A DNA stretch of 60,493 nucleotides, filler included, from Stramenopiles sp. TOSAG23-3 (GCA_900128585.1; 13 parts of 13 records of this genome joined end to end with filler, not necessarily neighbours in it), one strand, 5' to 3'. Positions 21,601 through 33,406 are shown, counted from the whole stretch's first letter. Program-made: numbers and translations. Notes: a model not told the origin generated them from the letters alone.

Positions 21601-23095
21601 CTTGCGCAATCGGAAAATCGGTGTACGAATAAGTTTTAACCCCCGGGATGTTTTGGGCGCACAGACTCACAACACTTTGTGTATGGTGGTACTCTCCCAT
21701 TTTCGTGATCGCCATCGCGGAATCCGTTGATATGGAAACTGGCTGCCCACAACTCAACGTTTGCGAACACAATCGTACGGCATTTGTAACCTCGTAATTG
21801 CTTGCCATCGAACGGCCGTTGGTATATTGCACCGAGACTCTAATGGTTTCGTCGGCCAAAGACACCAGTTTGATAACGATGGAAAATTGGGTGTTTCCTT
21901 CGAACACGTACGTTTCCCCTACGCGAAGGACCGCGTCGGTTTGAGAAGTTGATATCCCACGGACATCCAGGAAGGTAGTTGCGTCCATCCAACCGTCCGA
22001 TTTGAACTTTGCCAGGTGCAACGATATGCCGTCCTTTGTATCATCGTAGAAACCTCGATAGGATAGATACAGAAATATGTCTTTGTCTGCAGGGTTGTTG
22101 TCGAACCAAGCGTTTCCGTTCGTCCAAGATGGGCACCAGTTGTAAACCCCCGGGGGGCAGCGGAGCGCTCCGCTTTTGTAGCGGGTTTCCAACTTTACAC
22201 CGAGGAACTGGTTGTCACCTAGGTCGCTGATTGCGGTATCGGAGTCAAACGGTTTGATGTCTACAAAAACCTCGTTTGATGTGGCATCTGATTTTTGAAC
22301 GAATTTTACTTCCCTGTCCGTGACCCATCCAAACCTATGCTTGGTTGGGAGAGAAACATGGGCTTCTCTGTAATCCGAATTAAGCGTCCCACCGCCCAGA
22401 ATGTCGTAGTTATCGCCATACGTTTGCCCTTTGGCCCAAGCGTGCCCTACGCCAAAGTTGTGCATGAATTCATGTGGAACAATTTTCGATTTGAAGGAAG
22501 GGAGATCGCCACTGCCCGTGTATTTGAAAGTTTGAACCTTTCCTCCAGGCGTAGCGCTCCCTCCTACACCACCACTGGTCACGCGCTTCCAATACAGTTC
22601 GAAGTCGTAATCTTGATGGTTGTAGCCCAAGTCGTTGGCTTTTTCCCTGCAGCGGTCGGCCACTTCATAAAAATTACCGTCTGTGATTTCTACAAACCCA
22701 GGGACGACGGTAGGGGCCTTCAAGGTAACCTTTCCGTAGCTTTGATGGCGAATATACTCGGAGAGTTTTGTGAATATGTCGTTGATTTCGGAGTCTGGCA
22801 GCCAACCGGTATAGTCAATAGCTTCGACCTTGTAGCGAACCAGAAGAATACTTTTCTCTCCGTGAGTATACGACAGGTTGTACGGGTTTGAGTACCCACT
22901 GAGCCGTCGCCTGTTTTCGGGCCCGCCTTCGGTGTTTTCCTTGTAGCGCAGGTTATACTCTACTCCGTCCCGGAGCATGGAACGAATGGGCAGAAACGAG
23001 CGTTCCTGGGCTTCGTCGAGAATATCCCACACCGGCACTCCCATCGCCGCTGTCAGAAGACCCAAATTCAAAAGAATAAAGCATTGAACGTTCAT
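18692..23095 (-). CDS. Secreted gametolysin/peptidase M11-like metalloprotease with C-terminal 6-Cys (sushi-like) repeats, 3'-truncated
   Basis: Signal peptide, RRRL processing-type site, HEFMHNFGVGH zinc motif, YGDNYDILG, KHRFGWV; 8 complete + 1 partial ~62-aa repeats C.D.EP...M.....C.GT.AG..C...C..GY.GGSI.C....G.Y.V..C. Confidence 0.85.
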
Positions 23096-23358
23096 AATTG
23101 TGTTTGTTCAAGAATTCAGAGATGATTTTCGGTTTAATTTAATTTAATTTCTTCACAAAACACTGTTTTTTTCGGCGCCCGTTTCTTTGTTAGTTGTTGA
23201 TCCACCGAGCTGGTTAGCAACCAAAAAATCGTGAGAACGAAGAAGAGATTATTTTTTTNNNNNNNNNNNNNNNNNNNNNNNNNNNNNNNNNNNNNNNNNN
23301 NNTTAATTAATTAANNNNNNNNNNNNNNNNNNNNNNNNNNNNNNNNNNNNNNNNNNNN

Positions 23359-23659
23359 CCAGTTGCTCCGCTTCCCCTCCGGAACCTTCGCCAAAGCCAA
23401 ACCCTGTCCCTCCCCCAGTGCCAGACCCCTTTGCGGACCCCTCCGAACCCGAAGCGGTGCGCCTATACGTTTCCTCGTGCAAATTCAAACCAAACTTGTC
23501 CGGGTCGGGGGGAGAATTGATAACATTACCGTGCACGTCCAACGTCCCGCCGTCGTTTCCACCCTCTTTCGAAGACAGGACACCCATGCCGCCAAAAACA
23601 CTTCGATGAGAGAGAAGTCTTGAGCAAGTCGTTCGTCTCCACGCACGCACACAAAACAC
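23359..23659 (-). CDS. Hypothetical protein N-terminal fragment (Gly/Ser-rich), 3'-truncated
   Basis: GC-rich open frame running into the linker; start uncertain (GTG 23659 or ATG near 23587). Confidence 0.4.
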
Positions 23660-25081
23660 AAACTTTCACGGTACGAAGTAGACAATGGCAAAGCAAACGT
23701 TATTTCACAACAGTTTAATAGAGACGCGTCACCGTTGCTTTTGAATAATCTTTTAATTGTTCTGTAGAAGTAAGTGAATACCTACTTATCGGATCGATGC
23801 AATTGTCCATTTTATTATTCTATTGTTCTTCTTCTTGTTGTCTCTACTATTATAATAACAATAAAACAAAAACAAAAAAACTTGTGAATCACATATTTTA
23901 TTTAAAGAAAAAATGATTGATTGATTTCCTAATGTTTACGATTCTAACTAAATAACGTAAATAAAATAAATACATAATATTATTTTATTGTTATTGTATT
24001 TTATATAACGTATTATACTACAAGTGTTATCTATTCATATTTAAATTATCTTCTTCTCAAAAAAATAAATAAAACAAAAAAAGATAAAACGAAAAAAAAA
24101 GGAAGAGAAGTTAAAATTACTCAAAACTTCTATCCAAATGTATAATTAATTTACACTATAAATAATGTACTTAATAAAATCAATTATATTCGGATTTACG
24201 ACTCGTAAAATAGCTAAGCTAAGGCTTAAACTTTAAAATGAATTAATGAATCTGTAAAAAAGTGTATTACTATACTGTACATATGCTATCAGATTAACAA
24301 ACTATTTTTTATACTAATATTATAATACCTATATAAAATACAAAAGTATACTAAATAAATACGAAGAAAGAACTCTTTAGCTTTAAAATGTTTACATACT
24401 TTAATTATAGAAGTAAGGAAAATTTAATAAAAATATATTAAATGTTTTAACTAGAAAAAGTGATGGACATTTTTTCTTCTTCTTCCTTCTTCTTTTCTTC
24501 TTTCTTCGTCGTTCTTTCTTCTTCTTCTTTTTTTTTAATTTCCTTCTTCTTTTTCTTTTTTTCTTTTTTTCTTTCTTTCTTTTTCTTTTTGTTCTTCTTC
24601 TTCCTTCTTTCTTCTTTGATATAATAATATTAAGATATAATAATATGATGGATAAATATAACAACTATAATACTAGTTAGTATTATAAACAGTTTTTTTT
24701 TTTTTTGTTATTATTTTTTATTTATTTGATAAAATTTGTTGATATTGAATTGCATTGTACATTTTTATACAGAAGAAACGATAATCTGAATTGAGTGTAT
24801 AAATAAAGATAATAAATTGTTTAAAATGTAACAAGAGTGAATTTTTACGTTTGTTTCAACACATTGCATTATTTATACCACCCCATTTTCTGTTGAACAT
24901 TGTCTTTGTGCAGCCACTTTAGAACAAACGGTGTTCGTTCATTTTGTGTAGTCGACCCTCCCAAACCGTTAACCCCTCCTTCACGTCGCCAAGCCTTTGT
25001 CTGTATCATTCTCTAACGTTTGGTGGTCAAGGGAACAGTTCCTTCTGTGCACGTGCGTGGTCGCCCCTCGTCTGACCGAGC

Positions 25082-27235
25082 ATGGCGGCGCTGTCTTCCG
25101 CGACAGTGCTGGAGAAAATACGTGAAAATGAAGAGCTGTTCGCTGGGTCGAGAAAGAATCTAGGGAAGCAGACTCGTCTGTTCAAAAAGCACGAGGGCGA
25201 AGAGAAGCTCAAGCACTTCGGAGCGTTGCTGAAACTTTACCAGAAGGAGATCGACTCGCTCACGAAGCGTGCAAAATTTACAGAAACAGCCTACGTTCAG
25301 CTCGACCAAGAGGCGAAGGCCCAGCTTGCCAAAGGCACGGAAGCGACGAAAGCGCTGGAAAAGCAGGCCGCCGCGCCCAGCAACGCTGGGAAAGCGTCCA
25401 AGTTAGAACCGTTGCAAAGAAAAGTTGCCATGTTAGAAGTAAAGAACAAGAGCCTGGAGAACGAGTTGAAAGACGTAGAGAGCGAGCTGATGGGGCTTAA
25501 GAACCAGGACATCACTATCCGCGAGTTGGAGGAGAAGCTCGCGTCGTTTCAGGTGCACGCCGAGGGGGACATTGCAACGCAGGTCCAACAACGGCAACAG
25601 GAGTTGGAACTCAAGTTCGTGAAAGACCAGGACGAGCTCCAGGACAAAATGATAGAGTTGAACGCACAGGTGGAGACTGCACGCGGGGAAGAGCTGAAGG
25701 CAAAGGAGGAGCTGGACAGGGTCCAATCAGAACTTTTTGCGCTGCGAAGTCGGGTGGACGAGGAGATGGAGTCCCACCAGCGCGACCTGAACGAGCTTTC
25801 GGAGGAGGCCGAGCGGGCGAACGCCCAAGTGCAGGTGCTGGAAGAGAAGTGGGAGCGGTCCAAAATGAGTCAGGCCCGGGGGGGGGACGGCAGCGCTTCG
25901 GACTTCTCGTCGGACTCTTTGGCAATACAGATTCGCCTCCAAGCGGAGCTTGTAGACAAAGACACTGCAATCGAACGCTTTAAGCAGCAGCTGAATGCCT
26001 TGCGGGAGGATCGGGACAGGCTGGCAGACAACAGAAACGGCCGTGAGACGGACGAGAAGGCGGCAGCCGCCGCCCCAAACGCAGAATTAAAGCAGCTGAG
26101 GGAAGCCTTGAAAGCCTGCCCATCCGTGGAAGAGTTCCATGCAACGAAATCCAAGCTTCGGACCCTTGAGATGGTTCTTTTCAACGCTGTCGACGACGAC
26201 AGTGACAAGCCGCGATCGCCCTCGTCCGGTGCAGACGAATCGCCCAAAAAGGACGATTCGGAGACCCTGGAACGCTTGCTGGTAAAGAAGATCCACCGAA
26301 TGGAGTCCCGGGCAACGCAGTACAAGATCAAGTTTGAGGAGACGAGCGAGTCGTTAGATAACGAGAGGCGCAGCCGAGAGAGCCTGGAGGCGAAAACAGT
26401 GGAGCAGGACGAACTTATCAGGCGCCTCGAGAACGACCTTGCCAGCCACGACGAACAGGGGGTCGTGGCCTCGTCGAGCAACAGTAGCGTCGGTGGCGGG
26501 GCAGTGGTGAACGTGCGAAACTTTACGCCGGGCGGGAAAAGCAACGACGTCAACTCGTTGCTTCGAAAAATTGCGATGGAGTCCCCAAGCATTGACGCGT
26601 CCTTCGCGAAAGGAGGGACTCGAAGCAGCGCGCAGACGCCAGCTTCCACCCCCGTTTCGCAACAGGATAGTACGTCCATGGAACACATTCTTCGTGGGCA
26701 AAGGGACCGTTACCGCAAGCGTGTCGTCGACTTGGAAGCGAAGATTTCAGAAACTAGCCAGGTCCTCACGGACTCGAAACTGAGTGCCGACCAGCTGAGA
26801 AAGGACAACATCAAGCTTTACGAAAAGATTCGGTACTTGCAGAGTTACCCGAGGGCGGGCAAGCCAAACCGATCTTCGAACATGCCATTTATGAAGAGCA
26901 TGGACGAAGCAGAACGGGGAGTTTCAGGAACGGTCGGAAAGTACCACCAGATGTACGAACAGTCGGTGAACCCGTTTACGCAGTTTAACAAGCGCGAAAA
27001 GCAGAGACGGTTCGAGAAAATCAGTGCCATGGACAAGGCTATTTTGGTTGGAGGGAGGTTTTTCATGCAAAACCGAATTTCGCGTTCGTTTCTGTTCTTT
27101 TACATGTTGTTTTTGCACTTTTTTCTCTTTGTTACAATGTACAATTGGACGCACGCACACCATACTTTCCACATTGTACGCAGGACGCCGATCGTCGGAC
27201 AACCGCACAGCCACGAGCATATACAGCACAAGTAA
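25082..27235 (+). CDS. CASP: Golgin CASP / Coy1 (CUX1-CASP family coiled-coil, tail-anchored)
   Basis: YQKEIDSLTKRAK, LKNQDITIR, ILRGQRDRYRKR, LRKDNIKLYEKIRYLQSY, TM FFYMLFLHFF with conserved Tyr/His. Confidence 0.92.
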   Translation: MAALSSATVLEKIRENEELFAGSRKNLGKQTRLFKKHEGEEKLKHFGALLKLYQKEIDSLTKRAKFTETAYVQLDQEAKAQLAKGTEATKALEKQAAAPSNAGKASKLEPLQRKVAMLEVKNKSLENELKDVESELMGLKNQDITIRELEEKLASFQVHAEGDIATQVQQRQQELELKFVKDQDELQDKMIELNAQVETARGEELKAKEELDRVQSELFALRSRVDEEMESHQRDLNELSEEAERANAQVQVLEEKWERSKMSQARGGDGSASDFSSDSLAIQIRLQAELVDKDTAIERFKQQLNALREDRDRLADNRNGRETDEKAAAAAPNAELKQLREALKACPSVEEFHATKSKLRTLEMVLFNAVDDDSDKPRSPSSGADESPKKDDSETLERLLVKKIHRMESRATQYKIKFEETSESLDNERRSRESLEAKTVEQDELIRRLENDLASHDEQGVVASSSNSSVGGGAVVNVRNFTPGGKSNDVNSLLRKIAMESPSIDASFAKGGTRSSAQTPASTPVSQQDSTSMEHILRGQRDRYRKRVVDLEAKISETSQVLTDSKLSADQLRKDNIKLYEKIRYLQSYPRAGKPNRSSNMPFMKSMDEAERGVSGTVGKYHQMYEQSVNPFTQFNKREKQRRFEKISAMDKAILVGGRFFMQNRISRSFLFFYMLFLHFFLFVTMYNWTHAHHTFHIVRRTPIVGQPHSHEHIQHK

Positions 27236-27450
27236 GGCATCGGCACCTGCGACGGGACACTCGTGTATTCTGAGGTGTAAATACACTCTTTGAAGAAGAA
27301 AAAACATTTTAAACGTACGAAAATGTTTTTACGAAAATATATATTGATAAATATGAGATGAAAAACAAATTATGTGAGAGAGATGAGTTTTAACGTTACA
27401 CCTCTTTCCCCCTCTCCCTCTCTCGCTCTCGTTTTTATTTTTATGTACAA

Positions 27451-27718
27451 TGGGTCATTTGAAAGCATTGCCAATCCACCTACCGATTCGGATCATGCAT
27501 GGGTACATCTGAGAATGATAGTCAAGACTAAGTGATAAAGGTGTATATTGATTAAATTAGAGAGTAAAACCACAAGAGCAGAGATAAGTTCGCAGTACAT
27601 TAAGGAACGTAAACATTTAATTGTACCGAAAGGAGCAGATTCATTTTCGCGGTACACGAGGAAGATTAATTTTAATTGCAAAGTACTTACATAACAGAGC
27701 CAATTTTTTTGTTTTTTA
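27451..27718. mobile_element. Dispersed 3'-flank repeat, long copy with 12-bp flanking direct repeat
   Basis: Shared blocks GATTCGGATCATGCATGG, GAATGATAGTCAAGACTAAGTGA, GAGCAGA..TTCGCAGTACA, then GCCAATTTTTTTGTTTTTTA; tttttatgtaca at 27438-27449 and 27713-27724. Confidence 0.8.
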
Positions 27719-27925
27719 TGTACACACGCGCCCGCCCCACATTGACGACACCCACCCAATTTCAGATTTACCGTTTATCTCTTGTTGCGTTCTTGAGTCA
27801 GTGAGAGTTGATCCTTGTGCGAGAGGAGTTTGGATCTGTAGCCGCAGCACTGCCGTCATAGTGGAGAACAGTTTGGGCCGCACGGCCGCCAAGGTCACCC
27901 TCCTCGTTAAAAAAAACATAACAAT
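27716..27925 (-). CDS. Probable 3' end of a truncated gene (frame uncertain: stop at 27716 or 27798)
   Basis: GC-rich coding-like sequence at the contig edge; two minus frames open. Confidence 0.3.
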   Translation of the reverse strand: MVMFFLTRRVTLAAVRPKLFSTMTAVLRLQIQTPLAQGSTLTDSRTQQEINGKSEIGWVSSMWGGRVCT

Positions 27926-28221
27926 NNNNNNNNNNNNNNNNNNNNNNNNNNNNNNNNNNNNNNNNNNNNTTAATTAATTAANNNNNNNNNNNNNNNNNNN
28001 NNNNNNNNNNNNNNNNNNNNNNNNNAAGAAAGAGTATTGGGGGTAGTTATCTTATCAATAATTGAAAGGTTTTGAACGAGTTGTTGAATATGTTACTTCT
28101 CCATGTCGTATCGTGAGCGAAAGAAACGTAATCGCTTGCTTTTCCTCAGCTTTAACAGAAAAGAAATTAACTCAAACATTAAAAACAAATTTTAAAACCT
28201 TACAAATTTTGAATAAATACC

Positions 28222-28965
28222 ATGAAGTTTAATATCGCAAACCCAGCCACTGCCCAGCAGAAAGTTTTGGACATCGACGATGAGAAGAAGTTGCAAGCTT
28301 TCTACGATACCCGTATGGGACAAGAAGTTGATGGTGGAATTTTCGGTGATGAATGGAAAGGATACGTCTTCCGTGTCAGTGGTGGTAACGACAAGCAAGG
28401 TTTCCCAATGAAGCAAGGTGTTCTTGCACAGAAACGTGTACGTTTGTTGTTGCACGAAGGTGCCTCCTGCTACCGTAGCCGCCGACGTGGCATGCGCAAG
28501 CGCAAGTCCGTTCGTGGTTGCATTGTTGGCGCAGATATTTCTATCTTGAACTTGGTCGTGGTAGCAAAAGGAGAGGCCGATGTTGCAGGCTTGACCGACG
28601 AGGCCCAGCCACGCCGCCTTGGCCCAAAACGTGCCAACAAGATCCGCAAGCTTTTCGCCTTGAGCAAAGAAGACGACGTAAGAAAGTTCGTTGTTAGCAG
28701 AACTGTTACCAAGAAGAACGGAAAGACTTACGTAAAGCGCCCAAAGATCCAACGTTTAGTAACCCCATTGACTCTACAACGTAAACGCGCCCTTGCTGCC
28801 GGCAAGAAGAAGAAATTGGCACAATCCCGTGCCGATGCCGCCGACTACGCACGTCTTTTTGCCCAACGCCAACGCGAAGCCAGACAATCCCGATTAAGTG
28901 AAATTGCCAAACGCCGTAGCTCTCGTCGCTCGTCTCGTCGCGCTGCCGCTGCTGCCCAAAAGTAA
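28222..28965 (+). CDS. RPS6: 40S ribosomal protein S6 (eS6)
   Basis: [60 protein letters not shown]-terminal RRSS sites. Confidence 0.99.
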   Translation: MKFNIANPATAQQKVLDIDDEKKLQAFYDTRMGQEVDGGIFGDEWKGYVFRVSGGNDKQGFPMKQGVLAQKRVRLLLHEGASCYRSRRRGMRKRKSVRGCIVGADISILNLVVVAKGEADVAGLTDEAQPRRLGPKRANKIRKLFALSKEDDVRKFVVSRTVTKKNGKTYVKRPKIQRLVTPLTLQRKRALAAGKKKKLAQSRADAADYARLFAQRQREARQSRLSEIAKRRSSRRSSRRAAAAAQK

Positions 28966-29371
28966 ATCTTGTTTCTTCGTCGGCCCCACGTTCCGGTAAA
29001 CGTTTTGGGCGCGGGACCGTTTTGTGAATAAAATAAGAAATACTAAAAGTAACAGAAATAATGAACATTCATTTATTCCTACAAAGCAGAATAGCACACT
29101 GATGGTACACACGAAGACACACAACAACACATACTTTTCTTCTCCCCGAATTCCGAAGAAGACTCCTTCATCGAAGATCTTTTTTCTTCTTCATGCTTCG
29201 TCCCTCCTATCTTCTCTCTCTATCAATATAGTTACATTAAGGACAATAAAATAATGATAGTGGGTTTTTTATTATTAATATATTATCATATATATAGTAA
29301 TCCCTTAATGTTTTATTACCTCCGTTCAATTTTGCGCTATCATATTTATTTAGGAAGAAATGCTCGGCGGT

Positions 29372-30523
29372 TTACAATTCATTCCCAACACTCACCCAAT
29401 AATCGTGTAGGTTGTTCCGCCTGGCAAATATCTCCAAATAATGGCCATTCGGGACAAAGGATTCAATGTACTCGTATATTTCGTCTGGTTTCTGACTTTG
29501 ACCACGCCGAACGCTCCATATTACGTCCGAGCGAACCCCAGGCTTGGTATTCTTCGGGAGTTTCCCCTTGAACCCCACTAAACAGGTTTCTTTGGCATGC
29601 TGCAGGTAGAAACCATGGCTTTTTGCTAAGCGACGGTTGACAGTCTGCTTCACCCAAACGATTTCGTCGACCAACTTGTAGCCCCAGAACTCCAGCAGGG
29701 CGATAGCAAACCTGTACTTTGCGTTTATAACCCAGATAAATATGAACCCATCCGTTTGCAACGTTCGCACGGGAAGTTCCTTGATGTGGAAATCCGCCAA
29801 TTGTTGGTACCCGATGGCAACGCCTCGGGTGGGATTGGCCGTCGCCAACTGCCACGGGGGATCCATCATTATTACGTCAAAAAGTTGCCCCCTCGTCTTG
29901 AGCATCGTGTCCTTAAGCTTCTCGACATCCAAATTGCGCACATCGGTGCATACCGGAACGCTCAAAGGGGGGACAGTCCAATCCTCCTCCTCCTCTTTCT
30001 TTGCCCCGCCCTTCTCTGCTTCCAAGTGGGCCTTCCGTTCCGCGTCGTCCTCTTTCGCCGCGTCTGCGATCTTTTCGTCTTGTGTCCGCGTGTCCTCTTT
30101 TTCTTTCTTTAATTCCTTCTTTGCATCGAACAGGTCGACCACCCTCGCCGCGGGCTTTTCTGTAGAATCGTCGATACCTTTGTCCCCCGCTTGCACTTTT
30201 TTGGGACTGGCCTGTTCGGTGAGTTTGCCTTCCTTTTCGTTGTCGTCGTCCTCTTTGAAAATGTCCAGCTCTACTTTCTTAATTTGCCGCAAGATCGCTT
30301 TTCGCATGACTTGCAGATTTCCAATGATTCTCTTTTCACTATCGGAAAACGCACCGGCTCCTGGCCAAACGTCCTCATCGATGAATTCCGGCCGCCCCCA
30401 AGACGCACCCTTCGTATTTTTAACCTTTCTATTTTTATCGCTCAGTTTAATCTTCTTCACCGTAGCCTTCTCCTTCCTATCGTTCGCGCGCTGCGACGCC
30501 TTTGCTGCTTTCTTTTTCGGCAT
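29372..30523 (-). CDS. AMT1: MT-A70 family N6-adenine methyltransferase, AMT1/MTA1-like
   Basis: FDVIMMDPPW catalytic motif, PTRGVAIGY, FIWVINAKY, WVKQT, HGFYLQHAKETCL, RGQSQKP, YLEIFARRNNL; likely ATG at 30523 (MPKKK, NLS-like). Confidence 0.85.
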   Translation of the reverse strand: MPKKKAAKASQRANDRKEKATVKKIKLSDKNRKVKNTKGASWGRPEFIDEDVWPGAGAFSDSEKRIIGNLQVMRKAILRQIKKVELDIFKEDDDNEKEGKLTEQASPKKVQAGDKGIDDSTEKPAARVVDLFDAKKELKKEKEDTRTQDEKIADAAKEDDAERKAHLEAEKGGAKKEEEEDWTVPPLSVPVCTDVRNLDVEKLKDTMLKTRGQLFDVIMMDPPWQLATANPTRGVAIGYQQLADFHIKELPVRTLQTDGFIFIWVINAKYRFAIALLEFWGYKLVDEIVWVKQTVNRRLAKSHGFYLQHAKETCLVGFKGKLPKNTKPGVRSDVIWSVRRGQSQKPDEIYEYIESFVPNGHYLEIFARRNNLHDYWVSVGNEL

Positions 30524-31401
30524 GCTAATAACTGTACCGCTATTCACAATCAAATCTTTCGTTATCCTCCGATGTACTAAAAAATAATACAAAATTCAAT
30601 AGAAAGATAAATGTACAATTGGGCAATGCATAATTCTTTTCTTTCAGTGCATTTATATACTTTCTGATAATTTTTGTTATGATACCTTTGCGCTTCTTCT
30701 TTTTGTTGTTTTGAAATTATTATTATTGTTGAGAAAAAAAAGATGATGATTTATAAAAAAAATAAAAATAAGAAAACATAATAACAACAACAACAATAAC
30801 ATGGAAATACAAAGGGGACATTTTTCTTCTTCTTCTCTTTGGCGCTTTTTCTCTTCTTAATACATGATGACATGATAGGCAAATATTTATACATATATAA
30901 AAATAAATTACAAGTACAATATCCAATTTTGTTCCCGCCTATTACCAAGGTATATATAAAATAGAAGCGAATTACAGTTGAATAATTTGAATCTGAAAAG
31001 AAATCTGAAACTACTACTACTGTACGTCGTACCAACGGAATTTTCTAGTTTCTAGTCTTTTGATCATAGAAGTATAGAAAGAGTTAGGTAATTAAAATAG
31101 CAGTTATTTTTGTGACGACCGACGCACGACTCACGGCGACGACTGAGGAGGAGGAGAAAAGAAGAAAGACACACAAAAAAAAAGATGAGTATTGGTGGTT
31201 GATTGAATTGTTGATTTCATATTTATATGTTCTAAACTGTATGCATGAACAAAGTCATCCAATTTGTACGTAACGCTTATTTGATCGGTGCACGTTTTGG
31301 TATTTTCACACAAAGTAGTTATGTTCCATAGAGCACAACGAAAATAGTAAGAAGTGCAAGAAACGTGTTGTACAATACGACGAGGACGTTCTGACCAAGT
31401 C

Positions 31402-32484
31402 ATGAGTGAAGCCAGCCTTGCTTCTTCAACCTCCTCCTCGGGCAAACGGGCTGGGAGAAGGAGAAAAAATAGACCGTCGAGTGCTGCGATACAACGAGGT
31501 AAAATGTCGTCTCTCAATAGATCTAGGGGGGACCGGCGCCAAAGGCCCAAATCAGCTCTGGGTGCCGTGGGCAGCAGGAACAATAGGGACTCTCATATGG
31601 TTGTACTCGATGGCTACCCTATTCCAAACATCGATCCGGACAGCTTCACGGAGTTTTGGCGAGAGCGTGAAGCCAATAGAAAAGACGAACAGTCCCGAAA
31701 GAGAACGATTTCACAACCACGCCCCGTATCAGCTTCATTTGCGGCCGGAAGCAACAGCTTGAATTCCAATCTCTCCGGGAACGGACTGCACTACCCCTCG
31801 GCGAACGGAAGAAAAAACAACCGCCGCGGCCGGCCGTCGACGGCCCCAGGAGGCGGAAAACGGAGGATCCGCCCGGGGAGCGCAACTGCCAATTTGATGG
31901 CAAGGATGGCCATGGCGGGCCCTGGTGCAGATGCTTACCGTAACAATTTAGAAAAGAAGACGAGGCCCATCAGTTCGAGAGACCATATTCGAAGGCGGGC
32001 GGCAATGCGACGAAAAGCAGCCCAGGATTTTGCCGTAAAAATGGCAGAAGAGGAGAAGATGATACAACAAGATACCATATCCCGCGTGCAAGAGGCAAAC
32101 AAGTACGCAAAAGTCTTGGGGATGAAGAAACAGTACAAGCATCTTTATGACAAGGAGTCGAACCTGCAGGTCGAGGTTATAGAAAATGGATATTCTAGTA
32201 TCGTGTCCACAGCAATATTCCATAGGGATCACGCCAAACTACAAAAACATGCCGTTGCTTCTGGTTTTTTTGGGAATAAAGCTTCGAGCGGAGGTAAAAA
32301 AGGGGCCGAGGCCACCGGCAGGGCTGCTGAACAAAAGAATTTATTGCGGCCTCAACAACGTCCACGATCTGAAATCTTGTTAGAACTAAAGCAGATTTTG
32401 GCCGATACGGAGAGCTTGACAGGAGTGTTGGAGGGTCAGTTAATGGAAATAGAAGAGAGAGGATGGAACCGTGGGTATGTTTGA
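31402..32484 (+). CDS. Hypothetical basic, low-complexity protein with repeated RPxS/TA motifs and C-terminal coiled coil
   Basis: Long ORF with coding-like GC; RPSSA, RPKSA, RPVSA, RPSTA, RPGSA, RPISS. Confidence 0.75.
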   Translation: MSEASLASSTSSSGKRAGRRRKNRPSSAAIQRGKMSSLNRSRGDRRQRPKSALGAVGSRNNRDSHMVVLDGYPIPNIDPDSFTEFWREREANRKDEQSRKRTISQPRPVSASFAAGSNSLNSNLSGNGLHYPSANGRKNNRRGRPSTAPGGGKRRIRPGSATANLMARMAMAGPGADAYRNNLEKKTRPISSRDHIRRRAAMRRKAAQDFAVKMAEEEKMIQQDTISRVQEANKYAKVLGMKKQYKHLYDKESNLQVEVIENGYSSIVSTAIFHRDHAKLQKHAVASGFFGNKASSGGKKGAEATGRAAEQKNLLRPQQRPRSEILLELKQILADTESLTGVLEGQLMEIEERGWNRGYV

Positions 32485-33406
32485 AACTAAATTATTACTT
32501 TTAACTTTTGTTTTTTAAAAATGAACTTTTTTATTTTAAAAAACGTTTTAGATCTACACGATATGACGTAAAATTTGCAACAACTTAAAANNNNNNNNNN
32601 NNNNNNNNNNNNNNNNNNNNNNNNNNNNNNNNNNTTAATTAATTAANNNNNNNNNNNNNNNNNNNNNNNNNNNNNNNNNNNNNNNNNNNNAAAATAATTA
32701 TTCGTCGTCGTTATATTGGAATTATTACTTATTTATTATTCAATTATATACCGGTAACAACGAACAAACAACAAAAAGAAATGAGCAAATTAATCAAAAT
32801 TTTAAAATACCGACGACCGTACGCGGAACAACTGGCACAAATCCATTCATTTTTCTCTCTAATAATAATACGAATTCCTCATATTTTTATTTTATAATTC
32901 AAGTTTGAAACTCCCTCCGGCATAATATATCTAATAACTATTTATATTATACCAATGGTGTGTTGTTATAATAATACCCTGCTGTGTTAATAATATTTTT
33001 TTATTTTATTTTGTTGATTCCACCTGCTTTTTTTATTGAAGAACTATACCGGTTTTATTTATACCTGTACCGGTACCTTGGTATTACCTGTACTTGTATA
33101 AATAATACGTAATAATATAATTAATACCAATTTTTAAAATATTAGTCTCACGACGACTAAAAAAAAAAAACTGAAATTGATGACGACAACAATGTCCCTG
33201 TCCCAATGTCCGTCGTATTAATATATAGTTTCATAATATATGTTACTAAATATTTAACTGTTTAAAAGGACAGACAATAGTTTCAACGGTAGGAGAGTTG
33301 AAAATTTCTGAAACAAAAGGCAGAGGATCAAAGAGGCAGGAACGCCAGGGACGTACTTACACTTGCACAATTCTTAGTTGCTGCCGCTGCACTCGGCTTA
33401 GTCGCG

